A DNA stretch of 64,000 nt. Origin: Rebecca billardiae RCC1528 (lineage: Eukaryota > Protista > Haptophyta). The stretch covers positions 930,001 through 994,000 of the forward strand of contig OZ251248.1 of assembly GCA_965240325.2 (NCBI GenBank). Direction: 5' to 3'. The notes under the pieces are model-generated. The model searched no databases. It was given only the letters and a program-made list of their open reading frames with translations, and was not told the DNA's origin. The position numbers and the translations under genes were made by a program. Below, one piece after another: positions 60,764 to 64,000 of this stretch; the stretch's first letter is position 1; each line of letters begins with the position of its first letter.

Positions 60764-63700
60764 CCAGGTCGTTCCCCCTGCACTGGGAATCCGCGGTTTC
60801 GCACTATTCAGAGCGCGAGGCCGCGGCATAGCAACGCAGATTTAGTCTTCCGATTGCTCTATCAGACCACTTGAACGATCTAATCGAGCTTTCCAATTAA
60901 AAATGACGAAACCAGATCCATCCATTCGAGAAGCCAAATCCCGAGCGCGGCAAAGCCGTGGAACAGCAGTAATCAGCCTCGTCAGCGATCCACTGGGGAC
61001 ACGGCACCCAGGGTCGGAGAAAATCGGCGCGCTTTTTATTTCCGCTTTTCATTTATTCAGCCGCGCGCGTCGCGGCGGCCGCGTGCGTCTCGGGCGAGCG
61101 GGCGGCGGCGCCGCGCTCCCGAGCGTGTGGACGATCCCGCGAGCGCAGAGCCGGCGAGCTAAGCTGGGCAGTCGTGCTGAAGTGCCATGCGCCGCTTCGC
61201 GCCGCGCATCGCATTCGGCTGTACTTGCCTCGGGCCAGCATGTCTGTGCACACCGCCACACGGCCAGCCTCCCCCGCGTGCGCCATTCGAGGCGAGACAA
61301 ACACGGAGCGTGCGCTTCCGCGTGGCGAGGCCTACACTGTACGCACGGCGCTGCCTTGCGCCGCCGCGCATGAGCGCGGGTCCGCGAACAGCTGCGTTCA
61401 GGTGTGCTAATTGCATCCTTCATACGATTCGATTGGTCGAACAAGCGCTCTAGCCCGGCGACGACGTTGCAGCGCACGCCATGCTGATCTGCGGTGACGC
61501 GCAGCATGTGCGCTCGCGCGGAGTGCCCGCACACGTGCCTGCTGTCCAGCTCTGCCCCGGCATTGACCTCCCTGACTTGTGCTCCGACGTCAATCTTGGC
61601 CCGAGGTAGTACGTACATGCATGCGCGCTGATGCAGAACATACCTGAACGAGGCCCATGGCCTGCATGGATGTGCCTCATCGGATGACACGGCGCGTGCA
61701 TGAATGTGTGTACACTGCTTCGTCAAGCAGTAGCTTACGCCTGGACGTTCGTGTCGAACTTCACGGTGCGCATCACGCACGCACGGTCAGCCTTGATGGA
61801 CACACCCATGCAGCCGGAAGGCAGCATCAGCCTGCCCAAGACGTGAGCATCCAGCCCCGACGCCGCTTCCGGGGCCTAAATGGCGCGCGCTCCTTTCACG
61901 CGGGAATGTGCTCACTACATCACTATCCAGCAGGGCGCATGTCAGTGCTTTCCATGCTCACACGACCCTTGCCGTAGGTCGATGCCGACAGCTGCGTGAT
62001 GCTCGATCGTGCCAGTTTTGACGGCTGTGTGACCCGTGCAGATGCGCATGCCAGGCAGCGTACTGCGACGAGCGATGACGCGTGCACAAACTACCTGGGC
62101 GTTGCCCAGTGCAACCAAGTGCCGGACGCCGACGCCGCTGCTCGCGGCACGCGTGCAGTCAGCTGAGGAATGCACACGACTTCCTTGTTGTTGCGGCGCA
62201 CGCGATGGCCTGAGGCGCGGCGGATGCAGTGACTCCGAACGGCGCGCGGCGGAACGACGCAAATGGCTGCTTTTCAGCCGCGCTCAACCACGCGCACCGC
62301 CTTCGCTGTCACGCAGCTACCGCAGGAGTGCGCGCAGTCGGCGCCCGTATCGCCCTCCGGCGCCGCCCAGCGCGCTTCAGCGCAGCCGCCAGCGGCAGAG
62401 GTTGGTGGTGCTCTGACGGCATCACCAACATATTCGGAAAAGAAAATCCCCACCCGAAATTCCTGCGCCCAGTGGGTCCGCTCACGAAATCGATGCTCTA
62501 GGAACGAGTTCTTCGCGTGCGACCGGAGGCGGGAGCCCTCGCGGGTGCGAGCACCGATTTCTGACCCGCCGGCCTGCGGCCGGGCGGCGGCGAGTGCGAT
62601 GCGGGCCAGGGCGCTGCGGGCGCGGATGTGCTCGCGGAGCCGGCGTGCGTGGACGGGCTGTTGCGGGAGAGTATCTGCCGCCATCCTGCGCCGCGCGTCT
62701 TGCGCCACGCCTCTTTCGCCTCGGCTCAGGGCAGCGCGCACGGCGCGCGCCGCCTCAACTGGCCAGCCTTGCCTGCGCCGCAGCCGACCGCGCGCGCGCC
62801 GTGCGCGGCGTGGTCGGGAAGGAACGGGCGCGGCTGCCGGGCGAGATGACGACATCATGTGCGCACGCCATGCCGCCCCGCCACGCCTTGCCGAGCGTGT
62901 CGCCGGTCCGTTTGCACGCCTCTTCGAGTTGTCACAAATGGTGTGCGGCACGGCCTCGCGGTCGTGACCCTTGTCGGGACGATCATTGAGACACAGAACA
63001 GTGCCAGACGGGCAAGCGGGATACTCTTCCATGAATGTTCATCACCGCGTGGTCATGTAGAAGTGCTGGGTGCGACGCTTCCTCGCGCGGATGCACTTTC
63101 ATCATCTTCTTCGAGCTCAGGTCTGGCTTCAGGCACGACTGAAGAAATCAGCACTCGTCAACAGCTGTGCGGATCCGTTATCGTGCCCTTTCGCGGCGCC
63201 GCGGGGCGGCATAGCGTGCGCACATGATGTCGTCATCTCGCCCGGCAGCACCCCCCGTTCCTTTCCGACCACGCCGCGCACGGCGCGCGCGCGGTTGGCT
63301 GCCGGCGCGGCTGTGCTGGCCTCGAGGCGGCGCGCGCGTGCGCGCTGCCCTGAGCCGCGGCGAAAAGAGGCGTGGCGCGAGACGCGCGGCACAGGAGGGC
63401 GCCAGATACTCTCCCGCGACAGCCTGTCCACGCAAGCCGGCTCCGCGAGCACATCCGCGCCCGCAGCGCCGTGCCCCGGGCGCGCCCCGCCAACGGCGCT
63501 CGGCCGCCTTCGCCGCTGCCGCCTGCCGCCGAGGGCAAAAGGTCAAGATTTGGTCGGCCCTCGCCTGCCGAGCCGCCACCGGGGGCTCCCTGCCCTCTAT
63601 CTCGTTGCGGCTCAATTTTGGGATTGCGAGACCAGCTCATCGATTGACGCACATCCGCACCCGCGAGACCTGAAAATCTTATTCGCGGGTAGCGACGGGT

Positions 63701-63764
63701 GCGTCCTCCGGCTGTTTTTCTTGTATGTCCAAACCGCGGATTCCCAGTGCAGGGGGAACGACCT

Positions 63765-63766
<2 letters not shown>
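60764..63766. mobile_element. 3.0-kb non-autonomous TIR element, TA TSD (Tc1/mariner-like signature)
   Basis: Perfect 36-bp TIR CCAGGTCGTTCCCCCTGCACTGGGAATCCGCGGTTT (60764-60799) inverted at 63731-63766; TA on both sides. Confidence 0.92.
62610..63470. repeat. Diverged inverted repeat, ~280-bp arms (62610-62887 / 63195-63470)
   Basis: Mirrored, similar peptides (MLAEPACVD.L.RESI...; LPGEMTTSCAHAMPPR) on opposite strands. Confidence 0.88.

Positions 63767-63769
<3 letters not shown>

Positions 63770-63850
<81 letters not shown>
63770..63850. repeat. (TA)n microsatellite
   Basis: Directly visible. Confidence 0.98.
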
Positions 63851-63851
<1 letters not shown>

Positions 63852-64000
63852 TAATTCTATGATTTAAAGACACAGGCACGCTCGTCTGTACTGCGCGCGC
63901 TCGCCACGTTTGTTCGACCACCAAACCGGGATCGATATTCCGGGACGGACGGTGATCCGGATGATGCGTGACCGGTCGTGACGATGATGCGTCGTGCGCG

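Overview
Very GC-rich eukaryotic nuclear DNA with short GT-AG introns. Gene content and intron style suggest a flagellated microalga such as a pavlovalean haptophyte (inference). Two compact gene blocks (about 14.2-26.3 kb and 44.5-60.1 kb) contain several ciliary and signalling genes: TMEM107, ARL6/BBS3, CFAP61, a SHIPPO/PG-repeat protein, a PKA regulatory subunit, an ankyrin-DHHC palmitoyltransferase, and ANK-TPR-DnaJ, multi-CH and TPR proteins. They are mostly arranged as head-to-head pairs. Between them lie accessory regions filled with at least eight families of non-autonomous TIR elements, three long internal foldback repeats, an EsV-1-7 repeat gene and a glycosyltransferase-sulfotransferase fusion. 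Two items stand out. (i) A 669-bp insertion whose two ends are identical, perfect 98-bp palindromes (TG...CA, 5-bp TSD, tRNA-like B-box inside), which truncates its host gene. (ii) That host gene, a predicted signal peptide-PA-7TM-TIR/HET-like receptor, bracketed by two inverted copies of a 1.72-kb element. Most ORFs in the six-frame track are GC-driven shadow ORFs.
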